Shown: positions 9,265-18,145 of the stretch, one piece after another
Numbering within the stretch: the stretch's first letter is position 1
Layout of the letters: every line of letters starts with the position of its first letter
IMG/VR virus record: IMGVR_UViG_3300046508_000105
Span: 1 to 42,373 of that record
Source of the DNA: a virus
Lineage: Duplodnaviria; Caudoviricetes
Length of the DNA stretch: 42,373 bases
Direction: 5' to 3' (one strand)
Notes under the pieces: model-generated
Seen by the model: the letters and a program-made list of their open reading frames with translations, nothing else
What the model was told of the DNA's origin: nothing
The model's database searches: none
Made by a program: the position numbers and the translations under genes

Positions 9265-9752
9265 TGAACACGCCGCAAACCATTCCTGGGACAGATCATC
9301 CGTTCAAAGTTTATGAGCGCAAGGGGCCGCCGCCCCTGAAGACGGACGCCCAGGCCAAGCAGCGCCGGGGCCTGCTGGCGAAAATCCACGTCGCCAAAAA
9401 GCAGATGGGACTGAATGCCGGCGAGTACGAGATGATCCTGAAAAGTTTCAAGGTCTGCACCGCCGCCGACATGACTCTGGTCCAATTGGAGAATATGGTG
9501 AAGCTGCTCAAGCATTACGGATTCAAGCCGTGCAAAAGCCGCAACTTCCGGGAAGAGCAATCGCCTGAGCAGTTTGCCGCCCTGCGCCGCCGCTGCGTGG
9601 ATCTGGCCAAAGAGATCCCGAACGGCGAGAAGCGCCTGGCCGGTCTCGCCCTGAAGATTTGCGGCGTCTCCACCCTCACCTGGTGCAAAGACGCGGGCAA
9701 GTTGGAACGGCTCCTGGCCGTGCTGGGAAAGATAAAGGAACCGGAACAATAG
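9264..9752 (+). CDS. gemA: GemA (Mu gp16/DUF1018) family protein
   Basis: RRGLLAKIHVAKKQMGL...YEMIL......AADMT..QL motif. Confidence 0.85.
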   Translation: MNTPQTIPGTDHPFKVYERKGPPPLKTDAQAKQRRGLLAKIHVAKKQMGLNAGEYEMILKSFKVCTAADMTLVQLENMVKLLKHYGFKPCKSRNFREEQSPEQFAALRRRCVDLAKEIPNGEKRLAGLALKICGVSTLTWCKDAGKLERLLAVLGKIKEPEQ

Positions 9753-9813
9753 TCCCTCGCCGCCCGGCACCGTGGCGGGAGTAACGGGCATCATTGATAA
9801 AGGAGACGAAGCG

Positions 9814-9987
9814 ATGTGGACATTTGTAGGAACTATGAATTGCGGCGAGAGCATTTTCTGGTCGAAAGACAGCGGTCTGGCCGTGGAAAAGGACCATCTA
9901 CGCCTGGTTGAGGCGACGCCGGAAGAAACGGCGGAGATCTACAAAAGAATGTCGCACCTGATACCAACAAAGGAGACGAAGCGATGA
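9814..9987 (+). CDS. Small hypothetical protein flanked by 18-bp direct repeats
   Basis: AGGAG RBS; AAAGGAGACGAAGCGATG at 9799-9816 and 9969-9986. Confidence 0.55.
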   Translation: MWTFVGTMNCGESIFWSKDSGLAVEKDHLRLVEATPEETAEIYKRMSHLIPTKETKR

Positions 9988-10394
9988 AAGAAAAAATCAC
10001 GGAAATCGACACTCAGGAAAACCGCAACCGGACGCTGTCCACGCTGACCAGCCACATCGGCGAACCCAACGCCATCGGCATGGCGGCCCTTTATGAGACC
10101 GTTTTTAACCGCCCCTGGGAGCACCGGATCAACGATACCCGTGCGCTCCGGAGGCTCATTACCATCCTGCGCGAAGAAGGCGTCCCGATCTGCTCCGTCG
10201 CCTCGTCCAACGGCGGCGGCTATTACCTGGCGGCAGCGGGGAGCGAACTGGCAGATTACCTGCGCCGGTCCGAGCGCCGGGCCCTGCTGATCCTGCTACG
10301 CAACTCGCGGATCAAAAAAATAACCCTGCCCAACTACCTGGGACAGATGAAACTCAACATGGAGGCCTTTGGCGATGGCGATGAAGCAGCGTAA
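9984..10394 (+). CDS. Winged-helix DNA-binding protein
   Basis: HIGEPNAI...RALRRLITILREEGVPICS...GGYYLA, a pattern typical of phage wHTH proteins. Confidence 0.75.
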   Translation: MKEKITEIDTQENRNRTLSTLTSHIGEPNAIGMAALYETVFNRPWEHRINDTRALRRLITILREEGVPICSVASSNGGGYYLAAAGSELADYLRRSERRALLILLRNSRIKKITLPNYLGQMKLNMEAFGDGDEAA

Positions 10395-10866
10395 ATCATC
10401 AGATGTCAATCCGGCGAAGGCCGGAATCCAGGAGCAGGCAAATGGCTATCTGCGCGAAATTGCCATCCGCACCGCCGATATTGAGGCGCTGCATGCTGAG
10501 TGTGAAGAGGCCATACAAGAGGCAAAGGCGCGGTATGCGCTCAGAATTGAAGCAAGGGATGTGCTGCTGAAATCGGCAGTTACTGCGCTTATGCAGACGA
10601 TGAAGTTCAATAAAAAAATCCTCTTCGACGGGACGGACGTCGTCAACCTCCCCCACGGCAGCCTGATCCATAGCGTGAAAGATAAAGTTTCCATCCCCCG
10701 CGACGCCCTGGCCAAATGTGAGGAGCTGGGCTTTGACGAGGTCGTGAAGATTGCGAAGTCCCTCGACCGGGAAGCCGTCGAGAAATGGCGCGACGAGAAA
10801 CTCTTCCTGATCGGGGCCGAACGGAAACCGAAAGAGGAATTCAGCTACGATCTGAAGAAGGAGTAA
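10375..10866 (+). CDS. gam: Gam-like host-nuclease inhibitor
   Basis: Coiled-coil N-half, VNLPHGSL, SLDREAV...LIGAERKPKEEFSYD C-terminus; Mu early-region position. Confidence 0.75.
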   Translation: MAMKQRKSSDVNPAKAGIQEQANGYLREIAIRTADIEALHAECEEAIQEAKARYALRIEARDVLLKSAVTALMQTMKFNKKILFDGTDVVNLPHGSLIHSVKDKVSIPRDALAKCEELGFDEVVKIAKSLDREAVEKWRDEKLFLIGAERKPKEEFSYDLKKE

Positions 10867-10871
10867 CGGGC

Positions 10872-10967
10872 ATGGCGATCATTCTCTTTATCATCGGACT
10901 TTTTATCGGCATGGTGATCGGCGCCTATTTTATGGGGCTGCTCATCGCAGGCAAACGGTCATCGTAA
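10872..10967 (+). CDS. Small membrane protein
   Basis: AGGAG RBS; MAIILFIIGLFIGMVIGAYFMGLLIAGKRSS. Confidence 0.5.
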   Translation: MAIILFIIGLFIGMVIGAYFMGLLIAGKRSS

Positions 10968-10985
10968 CAATATCAGGAGACCGCG

Positions 10986-11186
10986 ATGTATAAAATTTAT
11001 CTGATGCTGAGGCAAGACCCGTGGCTGCTCACTTTCGCGCTGTGTTTTGCCCTTCCGTGGCTCGCCGGCCTGATGGCGTTGGCCATTGTAGCATTTCAGC
11101 TATTCCTGCGTTGGCTGTGCGGAAAGAAAATTTACAGGCATGAACTGATCAGGGAAATCGAGGAGACATATCGGTGCCGGGTATGA
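10986..11186 (+). CDS. Small membrane protein
   Basis: AGGAG RBS; long hydrophobic segment. Confidence 0.5.
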   Translation: MYKIYLMLRQDPWLLTFALCFALPWLAGLMALAIVAFQLFLRWLCGKKIYRHELIREIEETYRCRV

Positions 11187-11398
11187 CGCAAAAAGAACAG
11201 GCGAAAAAGCGAACGGCGCCGGCGGCGAACGTCTGGCTGCGGGTAACCACAACGATCCGTGACGACAAGGTAAAGGATACAGTTTTTGAAGCATTTAACG
11301 ATAAGCCGGCAAACAAGCAAGGGTGGCTCTCTCAGCCCCACAAGGGCTGCGACTGCTGCGGCCTGATCATCCGGCTGATCCATCTTGAAATTAAGTGA
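11183..11398 (+). CDS. Hypothetical protein (paralog of 40414..40599)
   Basis: WLRVTTTIRDDK...FEAFND...GWL...CCGLIIR is shared with the right-cargo ORF. Confidence 0.65.
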   Translation: MTQKEQAKKRTAPAANVWLRVTTTIRDDKVKDTVFEAFNDKPANKQGWLSQPHKGCDCCGLIIRLIHLEIK

Positions 11399-11509
11399 AG
11401 AAGAAAACGGAAAGTTTGGGGGAATGGCTATGACAGATTGCATTCTTTTAATGATCGCCGTTATCATCGCCGCTTGGTTATATTTGAGGGGCAAGGGAGT
11501 TTTATAAAG

Positions 11510-12070
11510 ATGTTCAATTGCCCTTATTGCGGAAAGGAACTTGATTTTATGGAATTGACACACGACAGCGATCTGTTTTCCATCATCAAAATGCTGGGGA
11601 CGTTCGGCAGGCACGCCAACGTGGTTGCCGCCTATACGGAACTCTTCGGCCTGCGCCCGCTCAAATCCAAAACGAAAAAGTGGCGGGTTCTCCTGGAGGA
11701 GATGAAAACGCTCTTCGACGCGCAGGCATTCAACTATCAGAAAAAGAAATACCCGATCAGCCACGCCGGAATTGTCGAGGCCCTGAACGTCGTCGTCCAC
11801 CGGCATTTCGCCGACCATCTGGAGTCGCATAATTACCTGAAGAAAATCATGATCGGGATCAGCGAGAAGGAAACCGCCGCAACAGGCAAGCAGGATGAGC
11901 GGGATCTCCGGAAGAAAGAAAAGAGCCTGATGTCCGGCGAACGATACCCTGTCCCGGGTGAACAGGTCGAAGCACCGGCACTGAAAGCCATGCCGGCGGC
12001 GCAGCTCACGACGGAGCAGATCGAGAAGAATCGCAAACGGCTGAAGGCCATCATCACCGATATCGGATAG
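11510..12070 (+). CDS. Hypothetical protein with N-terminal CPxCG (conserved Mu-like early gene)
   Basis: MFNCPYCG...YTELFGLRP...HNYLKKI. Confidence 0.7.
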   Translation: MFNCPYCGKELDFMELTHDSDLFSIIKMLGTFGRHANVVAAYTELFGLRPLKSKTKKWRVLLEEMKTLFDAQAFNYQKKKYPISHAGIVEALNVVVHRHFADHLESHNYLKKIMIGISEKETAATGKQDERDLRKKEKSLMSGERYPVPGEQVEAPALKAMPAAQLTTEQIEKNRKRLKAIITDIG

Positions 12071-12120
12071 ACCTCCATCGCCCGGCTCCGAGGCGGCAAT
12101 ATCGGGCACCCCTATAAAGG

Positions 12121-12699
12121 ATGAGCAAAGAGAAATTAATTTGTGGCCAGTGCAAAGCGACGAGTCTTTACCGGGATGAGGATTATATCAATGGAGTCTG
12201 GTATGTCGCCTGCCGGATCTGCGGAAACCGGTGGCCCGGTGGACCGGCGCCGATTCGGGTGGGCGAGGACGGAATCATGCGGGATGCCATTGAAACTGTT
12301 CCCGCGCAAACCATAAATGATCTAAAAAAGGAGGGAGTGAAAATGAAAAAGCCTTGCTCGAATTGTAAGAGGGATATGTCCATCGTGAGGGGGGGGCGCT
12401 GTTTTGTTTGCGCAAAAGCAGCCGAAGGATTATCGGGTGATGAGCTGATATTTGCGTTGGCAGAGATCAAAGGGAAAATCGATCGCGGCGAGATCAAACA
12501 AGGCGGCCCGGGACGTCCGTGCAAGAAAGCCCGCTCACTCCAGCCCCTTCCCGCCGCAGGCCAGAAGCCGGGAGCGATTTTTGGAGGAAGACGTGAAATG
12601 GGCACACTCCTGGAGACAGCCGAACCGCAGACCATCATCCCCGTCACGCTGCGCCTGACCGTAGAGATCGCGGTGCATGTCAATGGGATTGTATCGTGA
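12121..12699 (+). CDS. Zinc-finger hypothetical protein
   Basis: Four CxxC pairs (CGQC, CRIC, CSNC, CFVC). Confidence 0.6.
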   Translation: MSKEKLICGQCKATSLYRDEDYINGVWYVACRICGNRWPGGPAPIRVGEDGIMRDAIETVPAQTINDLKKEGVKMKKPCSNCKRDMSIVRGGRCFVCAKAAEGLSGDELIFALAEIKGKIDRGEIKQGGPGRPCKKARSLQPLPAAGQKPGAIFGGRREMGTLLETAEPQTIIPVTLRLTVEIAVHVNGIVS

Positions 12700-12866
12700 T
12701 CGTGAACGCCGTCAGAAGGTTCACCCGGGATAAAGTTGAAAGATGGATTGCATTATTTCTTCTCTCGGCCTTCCTGGGCGTCTATACGGCGGAGCTGATC
12801 GTTTACCTGCCGGACTGGATCCGGGAGTTTTTGGATTTTTGGGTGTATGGGATGGAGGCTCAATAA
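12696..12866 (+). CDS. Small membrane protein (56 aa)
   Basis: GTGA overlap; WIALFLLSAFLGVYTAELIVYL hydrophobic helix; stop abuts the next ATG. Confidence 0.45.
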   Translation: MIVNAVRRFTRDKVERWIALFLLSAFLGVYTAELIVYLPDWIREFLDFWVYGMEAQ

Positions 12867-13055
12867 ATGACCAATCAGGACCGCGAGATCATCCTGCCAT
12901 GCCCGCGCTGCGGGAAGCGCCTGGCAGATTTGAAGGGGCATAGGTGCGACGGCGATTTCCAACTGGAGTTCAAATGCCCTGGATCTTGTGGTCAGGTTTG
13001 GGTGACAACACAATATATAGAGAAAATACTTGCAAAGAGCATTTATATAGAGTAA
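12867..13055 (+). CDS. Com-like zinc-ribbon regulator
   Basis: GGAGG RBS; CPRCGKRLA...LEFKCPGSCG resembles the Mu Com zinc ribbon. Confidence 0.7.
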   Translation: MTNQDREIILPCPRCGKRLADLKGHRCDGDFQLEFKCPGSCGQVWVTTQYIEKILAKSIYIE

Positions 13056-13078
13056 GAGAAATTCTACAACTTGAACAC

Positions 13079-13150
13079 CGAGAGCCCCTGAGAGGGCCAG
13101 CGGGACCGAAACCCCGCCGGTGCAAAAATCGAGAGCCCCTGAGAGGGCCA
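13079..13150 (+). repeat. Two exact 21-bp direct repeats CGAGAGCCCCTGAGAGGGCCA
   Basis: 13079-13099 and 13130-13150. Confidence 0.95.
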
Positions 13151-13180
13151 TCAGTCACAGACTGGTGGCCCTCTTTTTTT
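13142..13180 (+). terminator. Intrinsic terminator upstream of the lysis/late operon
   Basis: 15-bp stem AGAGGGCCATCAGTC / GACTGGTGGCCCTCT (one G-U), ACA loop, T-tract 13174-13180. Confidence 0.85.
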
Positions 13181-13206
13181 ATGGGCCTGACGATAAGGAG
13201 AAGCAC

Positions 13207-13680
13207 ATGTCCAGCCGTAAAATTGAAGACGGCACTCCCGAACTCCAGGGAAAATATCACCACTTTTCCGTGAAGATGGCTGCCGCCGGCATTCCCTTCA
13301 TGCTCACCCGCGTTGCCTGCTTCGTCAATGAACAGGTCGCCCTCTATGCCCAGGGGCGGGAGGATCTCGACAAAGTCAATTTCCTGCGGCGAACTGCCGG
13401 GTTGTCGCCGATTCCGTTCACGGAAAACCGCCTCCCAGTCACGTGGACGCTCGACTCCAAGCATATCATCGACTTGGACGACGGCAATCCCGACAATGAC
13501 AAATCCCGCGCCTTCGATATCGCCATCCTGAAATATGGCATGCCGGTGTGGGATCTCAAGGTCAACGTGAACAAAAACGACATCCCCGACTATAACGAGG
13601 CCGGACAGATCGGGGAGTCCGTAGGATTGAAATGGGGAGGCCGGTTTCCGAAGCCCGACCGGTCGCACTTTCAAATATGA
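13207..13680 (+). CDS. Endolysin, M15 family peptidase (L-Ala-D-Glu type)
   Basis: AGGAG RBS; EQVALYAQGR, SKH...AFDI, GLKWGGRF, DRSHFQ motifs. Confidence 0.88.
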   Translation: MSSRKIEDGTPELQGKYHHFSVKMAAAGIPFMLTRVACFVNEQVALYAQGREDLDKVNFLRRTAGLSPIPFTENRLPVTWTLDSKHIIDLDDGNPDNDKSRAFDIAILKYGMPVWDLKVNVNKNDIPDYNEAGQIGESVGLKWGGRFPKPDRSHFQI

Positions 13681-13785
13681 ATATCTTGCGTGCGCCCCCG
13701 GCCGTACCAAACTGAGACGCCGGTCGGGGGCCCCTTTTAAACGGGAGACGGCAAAGCCATTATCAACGTAGGTTACAGGTGGTGA

Positions 13786-14007
13786 GTGGACGTTTTCGAC
13801 CGGGCCCAGGAGAACGATCAGCTTTTCCGCGAATTGGCGCTCAGGGAGCATTTCGCGGGCAGGGTCAAGGATCAAGAGGAAAGGGTGATGGATTGCATCG
13901 ATTGCGGTGATGAGATCGCGCCGGCGCGCCTGAAGGCGCTGCCCAACGCTGTCCGGTGCCTGGATTGTCAGGAAATAAAGGAGCGGAAGGAGCGTCATGG
14001 CGAATGA
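13786..14007 (+). CDS. TraR/DksA C4-type zinc-finger protein
   Basis: DVFDRAQE...CIDCGDEIAPARLKALPNAVRCLDCQE. Confidence 0.9.
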   Translation: MDVFDRAQENDQLFRELALREHFAGRVKDQEERVMDCIDCGDEIAPARLKALPNAVRCLDCQEIKERKERHGE

Positions 14008-14308
14008 ACACTGGCAGATATTTTTAGCGCTCGCCGGATTGGTGGCGGCCTGGAGCCTCGTTATCATCGCTTCGTTGCGGATCATGTTTACCCGGTCATT
14101 GCAGGGCGTCGAAGAAAAGGTGGAGACCTTCGGAGAGACGCAAAAAGCCTTTGTAAGATTGGAGCGCGAGCTCATGGACCTCAAAGCGGATATGCCGCTC
14201 ATCTATGTGCGGCGGGAGGATTTTATTAGGTTCGACGTCGTCATTAACAACAAACTGGATAAACTCCGCGATTTGGTTGTGGAGGCACTGCGGGAGAAAA
14301 AATCATGA
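13997..14308 (+). CDS. Membrane-anchored coiled-coil protein (Mu gp25/DUF2730-like)
   Basis: N-terminal TM helix; LPxxYVRREDF-type motif (here MPLIYVRREDF). Confidence 0.7.
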   Translation: MANEHWQIFLALAGLVAAWSLVIIASLRIMFTRSLQGVEEKVETFGETQKAFVRLERELMDLKADMPLIYVRREDFIRFDVVINNKLDKLRDLVVEALREKKS

Positions 14309-14607
14309 ATATCGACATGGAACGGGCCAGACGAGAGGAAATGCGCTGGCTGATATTATCAGCCCTGAGAGCAGCTCAGCCGATCGGCACTTCCGAGGTA
14401 ATCGTCTGCAACGTGATCTCGTATATTGTCTTCGACGTTACGGAGATGGACGTCCGGCGCGAGCTGGATTATCTGGCGGAGCGCAACTTGATAACCCTCG
14501 AAAAAAACAGGGCGGTTTGGTTTGCCAAAATCAATCATCGCGGGCTCGATATCGTGGAATATACCGTGGAATGCCATCCCGGGATCGCAAGACCGAAGAA
14601 ATGGTGA
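14305..14607 (+). CDS. Mu gp26-like winged-helix protein
   Basis: RREEMRWLILSAL...RRELDYLAER...GLDIVEYTVECHPGIARP. Confidence 0.75.
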   Translation: MNIDMERARREEMRWLILSALRAAQPIGTSEVIVCNVISYIVFDVTEMDVRRELDYLAERNLITLEKNRAVWFAKINHRGLDIVEYTVECHPGIARPKKW

Positions 14608-14611
14608 CGAT

Positions 14612-15127
14612 ATGCCCCCAAGGTCAAAAGTGACATGCCTGCCGGATAATATCCGGTCGGAGCTTGACAAACGGCTCATCACGACGAGCTTTTCCGATTA
14701 CACGGCTCTCGAAGCGTGGCTCCAGGAGAAGGGATTTGAAATCTCCCGGTCGGCGATCCACCGCTACGGCCAGGAGTTTGAAGGAAAGATCTTTGCCATT
14801 CGGATTGCCACCGAACAGGCGAAGGCGATCGCGGAGGCCGCAGGCGACGAGGAAGGCGCCATGAACGAAGCCCTGATCCGCCTCATTCAGCAGAAATCAT
14901 TCGAAGTCCTGGTCAACTCCGAGAACGACGCGAACCTGCCGAAAATGGGGACGATGATCGCGCGGATCTCCCACGCCGCCGTCAGCCAGAAAAAATGGAT
15001 GGCCGAGGTCAAGGGAAAGGCAAAGCAGGCACTCCAGAATATCGAGGAAAAGACAAAAAGCGGCAAAAAGTCTCTGGATCCGGAAACGCTCCGGATCATC
15101 CGAGAGGAGATCTATGGCATCGTCTAA
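14612..15127 (+). CDS. Terminase small subunit (DUF3486/Mu gp27-like)
   Basis: MPPRSKVTCLP...GFEISRSAIHRYG...IREEIYGI. Confidence 0.85.
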   Translation: MPPRSKVTCLPDNIRSELDKRLITTSFSDYTALEAWLQEKGFEISRSAIHRYGQEFEGKIFAIRIATEQAKAIAEAAGDEEGAMNEALIRLIQQKSFEVLVNSENDANLPKMGTMIARISHAAVSQKKWMAEVKGKAKQALQNIEEKTKSGKKSLDPETLRIIREEIYGIV

Positions 15128-16640
15128 ACCTAAACCGGCCGTCCCTTTAACCGAATACCAGCGAAACTGGGTGCTCGACAAGAGCCGGTTCAAGATCGGC
15201 GTCCTGACCCGCCAGGGCGGAAAATCATTCGAGGCCGCGCTGGAAGCCGTGGACGACGGCATGGCGCACAAGACGATGTGGGTGATCCTCTCCGCCGGGG
15301 AGAGGCAATCGAAGGAAGTCATCAATAAATGCGCCATGCATGCCCGCGCTTATGGGTTGGCAATCCAGGAGCTGGAATCGGATTTCATCGTCGATAAAGA
15401 CACGAAATACAAACAGCTCGAAATCATATTGCCTGACGGCACCCGCATCATCGGGCTGCCGGCGAATCCGGATACGGCCCGCGGCTGGTCGGCCAACATC
15501 ATCCTGGATGAGTTTGCCCTGCATCGGGACAGCCGGGAGATTTGGAAAGCGCTTTTCCCGACGGTCACCCGCGGCTACAAGATCCGCGTCATTTCTACTT
15601 TCAAAGGCAAGATCAACAAGTTCTACGAACTTTTCTTCGGCGCGCCGACGCTGCAAAGCTACAACGGCAAAGATTACGAATTCAAAGGCGAGAAAGGGGG
15701 CTGGTCGAAGCATTTCGTTAATATTTATCAGGCCGTCGAGATGGGGCTGGAGTTGAAGGATGACCAGGGCAAGCCCTGCGATCCGGAGGATCTCCGCCTG
15801 GCCCTGAACGACGACGACGCCTGGGCGGAAGAATACGAGTGCATTCCTTCCGACGAGGTTTCCGCCTTCCTGACCCATGAGCTGATTTCCTCCTGCGAGG
15901 ATGTAAAAGCCGATGCGTCGCCGGTCTGGGCGGACATGTTGATCAAGGCCGCGGAAACGAATTACGCTGAATACAAACGCAGCAAAATCAAGCCGCCGCT
16001 GCCCCTGGACATCCTTCCGAACGTTGAATTCCTGGGCGAGCTTTATGCCGGGATGGACATCGGGCGCAAGCGGGATCTCTCCGTGATCTGGCTGGATCAG
16101 AAGATTCAGAACGTCCTGCAGCCGGTCGCAGTGATCGAGCTTCGCAGACAGCCGTTTTTTGTCCAGGAGCAGGTACTGCATACCGTTCTTTCGCTCAAAG
16201 GATTCCGCCGCGCCTGCATCGACGAGACGGGGATCGGCGCGCAACTGACGGAAGATGCTCAAAACTTCTTCGGATCGGGGAAGGTGGAAGGCATTACCTT
16301 CACCCCCGAAAGTAAAGAGACTCTGGCGGTTGGCTTGAAGCACAACCTTGAAGACCGGGGGAGCGTTTTGCCGGCCAGTCATACGGTCCGCAATTCCCTG
16401 CACAGCGTTAAGAAATACGCGACGACCACAAAGCATTTTCGCTTCGACGCCGAGCGGACGGAAGCGACGGGCCACGCCGATCATTTCTGGGCAAAGTCGC
16501 TGGTTGTGCAGGCGGCATCCTCGAATGTGACGGCCTACTCCACGGGCAAAGATCCGGATAAGCGCGAGACGCCCACGGGCCGCGATTACAGGAGAAAGAC
16601 CGAGGGCGGGTTTTTCGGACGATTCAGAAAGGCGGCATGA
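15114..16640 (+). CDS. Terminase large subunit (Mu gp28-like)
   Basis: RQGGKS Walker A, IILDEFA Walker B, nuclease motifs GMDIG, IDETGIG and GHADHFWA. Confidence 0.95.
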   Translation: MASSKPKPAVPLTEYQRNWVLDKSRFKIGVLTRQGGKSFEAALEAVDDGMAHKTMWVILSAGERQSKEVINKCAMHARAYGLAIQELESDFIVDKDTKYKQLEIILPDGTRIIGLPANPDTARGWSANIILDEFALHRDSREIWKALFPTVTRGYKIRVISTFKGKINKFYELFFGAPTLQSYNGKDYEFKGEKGGWSKHFVNIYQAVEMGLELKDDQGKPCDPEDLRLALNDDDAWAEEYECIPSDEVSAFLTHELISSCEDVKADASPVWADMLIKAAETNYAEYKRSKIKPPLPLDILPNVEFLGELYAGMDIGRKRDLSVIWLDQKIQNVLQPVAVIELRRQPFFVQEQVLHTVLSLKGFRRACIDETGIGAQLTEDAQNFFGSGKVEGITFTPESKETLAVGLKHNLEDRGSVLPASHTVRNSLHSVKKYATTTKHFRFDAERTEATGHADHFWAKSLVVQAASSNVTAYSTGKDPDKRETPTGRDYRRKTEGGFFGRFRKAA

Positions 16641-18145
16641 TGAGTATACGGGAAACGATCGCAAAGATTATCGCGCCGGCATTGAAGGGAGACATCGAGA
16701 TTCGCACCCTCGTCGCCGAGGAGATCCGGCGGGCGAAGATGGATTTTCCGATCATGGCCAATATCGACCCGAAAAACGAAGGTTATCGGAGATACGGCGA
16801 CAGCATGCTGACCCGCAATCTCTTTCCCATGCAGCAGTCCCGGATGTTCGAGATCGCCTATTATATGTTCGATGCTTCCGCCATGTTCCGCAGGCTGGGG
16901 ATCCTTGATCGCAGTTTCCTGTTTTCGGGCCGCATCAAAGTGACCTCGACCGATGCGGACGTCCAGGACATCATCACCAAATTCTGGACCGATCCGGAAA
17001 ACAAGATGGATTTGAACTATCCGGAAAGCGCCATGTGGCTCTCGTTCCTGGGCGAGCAGTGCTGGCCGGTTACGGTCAATCCCTATAACGGCCAGGTGCG
17101 GCTGGGCTACGTGGACCCGTCGCTGATCAAGGATGTTTACGTCAATCCCATGAACGTGAAGCAGATCATGCAGATTGAAACGATGGGACTGACCGGCCGC
17201 AACGGCGACAAATATGCCGTCATCCGCAAGGATTATAATATCAATTCCAAAACCTATGACCGCCTGGTGGGAAATTGTTTTTTCCTTTCCATCAATCATC
17301 CGCCGAATTCGCCCCGGGGCCGTTCCGATTATCTGACTCTCTTTGACTGGATCGATGCCGTCGAGCGGTACGGGTATAACTGCCTTGATCGCTCCGAATA
17401 CATCATGAATTTCATCTGGGACGTCACGCTGAACGGGATGACGCAGGAACAGATCGACGAATGGCAGCGGAAGAATCCCCCACCGGAGGCCAATTCCGTA
17501 CGGGCCCATAATGAGAATGTAAAATGGGAGGCGGTGGCTCCGGATCTGAAGAACGTGGACAGCAAGGCCGGGTTCGATCTGGGAAAGTCCTTCGTCATGG
17601 GAGCCGCGGGCAGGCCCGCTTCCTGGTTCGGCGAGGGAGGAAAGGCCTACCAGACGGAGGCCGATCAATTCGGGCAGGTTCCGATCGCCGATCTGGAGCA
17701 GCGCCAGGATTTACACCGGTTTAATATCGAATACGTGATCCAGTTTGTCCTCGACCAGGCCGTCATCGCCGGCCGCCTGTCGGCGGAAAAAGCGGCGGCG
17801 GGTTTCACCGTGTCCATGCCGGAAATATCGAAGAAAGATGTGTCCAAGATGGTCAACGGGTTGCCGCAACTGGCTGCGGCCCTGGTGCTGGCGGTGACCA
17901 ATAAACTCCAGACACGGGAAACGGCCACCCGGCTCTATTCCTGGATATGCGGCTATCTCGGCTACGAGGTGGATGCCCAGGCGGAAATCGACAAAGTCCT
18001 CGAGGAGGAGAAAAGCGAACCGTCTCCCGACAATACAAATTACGACCAGATGTTGACAGATGCGGAGGCCGCGTTGAAAGAGGCGACTGCCGCCGGGAAT
18101 CCGGCCCCCGTTGTGGATATTAAGAAGGTTGCGGCGAATGGATAA
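16637..18145 (+). CDS. Portal protein
   Basis: 502 aa between terminase and gpF; RGRSDY motif; helical C-terminus. Confidence 0.8.
   Translation: MMSIRETIAKIIAPALKGDIEIRTLVAEEIRRAKMDFPIMANIDPKNEGYRRYGDSMLTRNLFPMQQSRMFEIAYYMFDASAMFRRLGILDRSFLFSGRIKVTSTDADVQDIITKFWTDPENKMDLNYPESAMWLSFLGEQCWPVTVNPYNGQVRLGYVDPSLIKDVYVNPMNVKQIMQIETMGLTGRNGDKYAVIRKDYNINSKTYDRLVGNCFFLSINHPPNSPRGRSDYLTLFDWIDAVERYGYNCLDRSEYIMNFIWDVTLNGMTQEQIDEWQRKNPPPEANSVRAHNENVKWEAVAPDLKNVDSKAGFDLGKSFVMGAAGRPASWFGEGGKAYQTEADQFGQVPIADLEQRQDLHRFNIEYVIQFVLDQAVIAGRLSAEKAAAGFTVSMPEISKKDVSKMVNGLPQLAAALVLAVTNKLQTRETATRLYSWICGYLGYEVDAQAEIDKVLEEEKSEPSPDNTNYDQMLTDAEAALKEATAAGNPAPVVDIKKVAANG

Noticed and set aside
13079-13150. Mini CRISPR array (21-bp repeats with a 30-bp spacer)
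   Set aside because: Only two short repeats, no cas genes, and repeat 2 is part of a terminator; a regulatory RNA element fits better.
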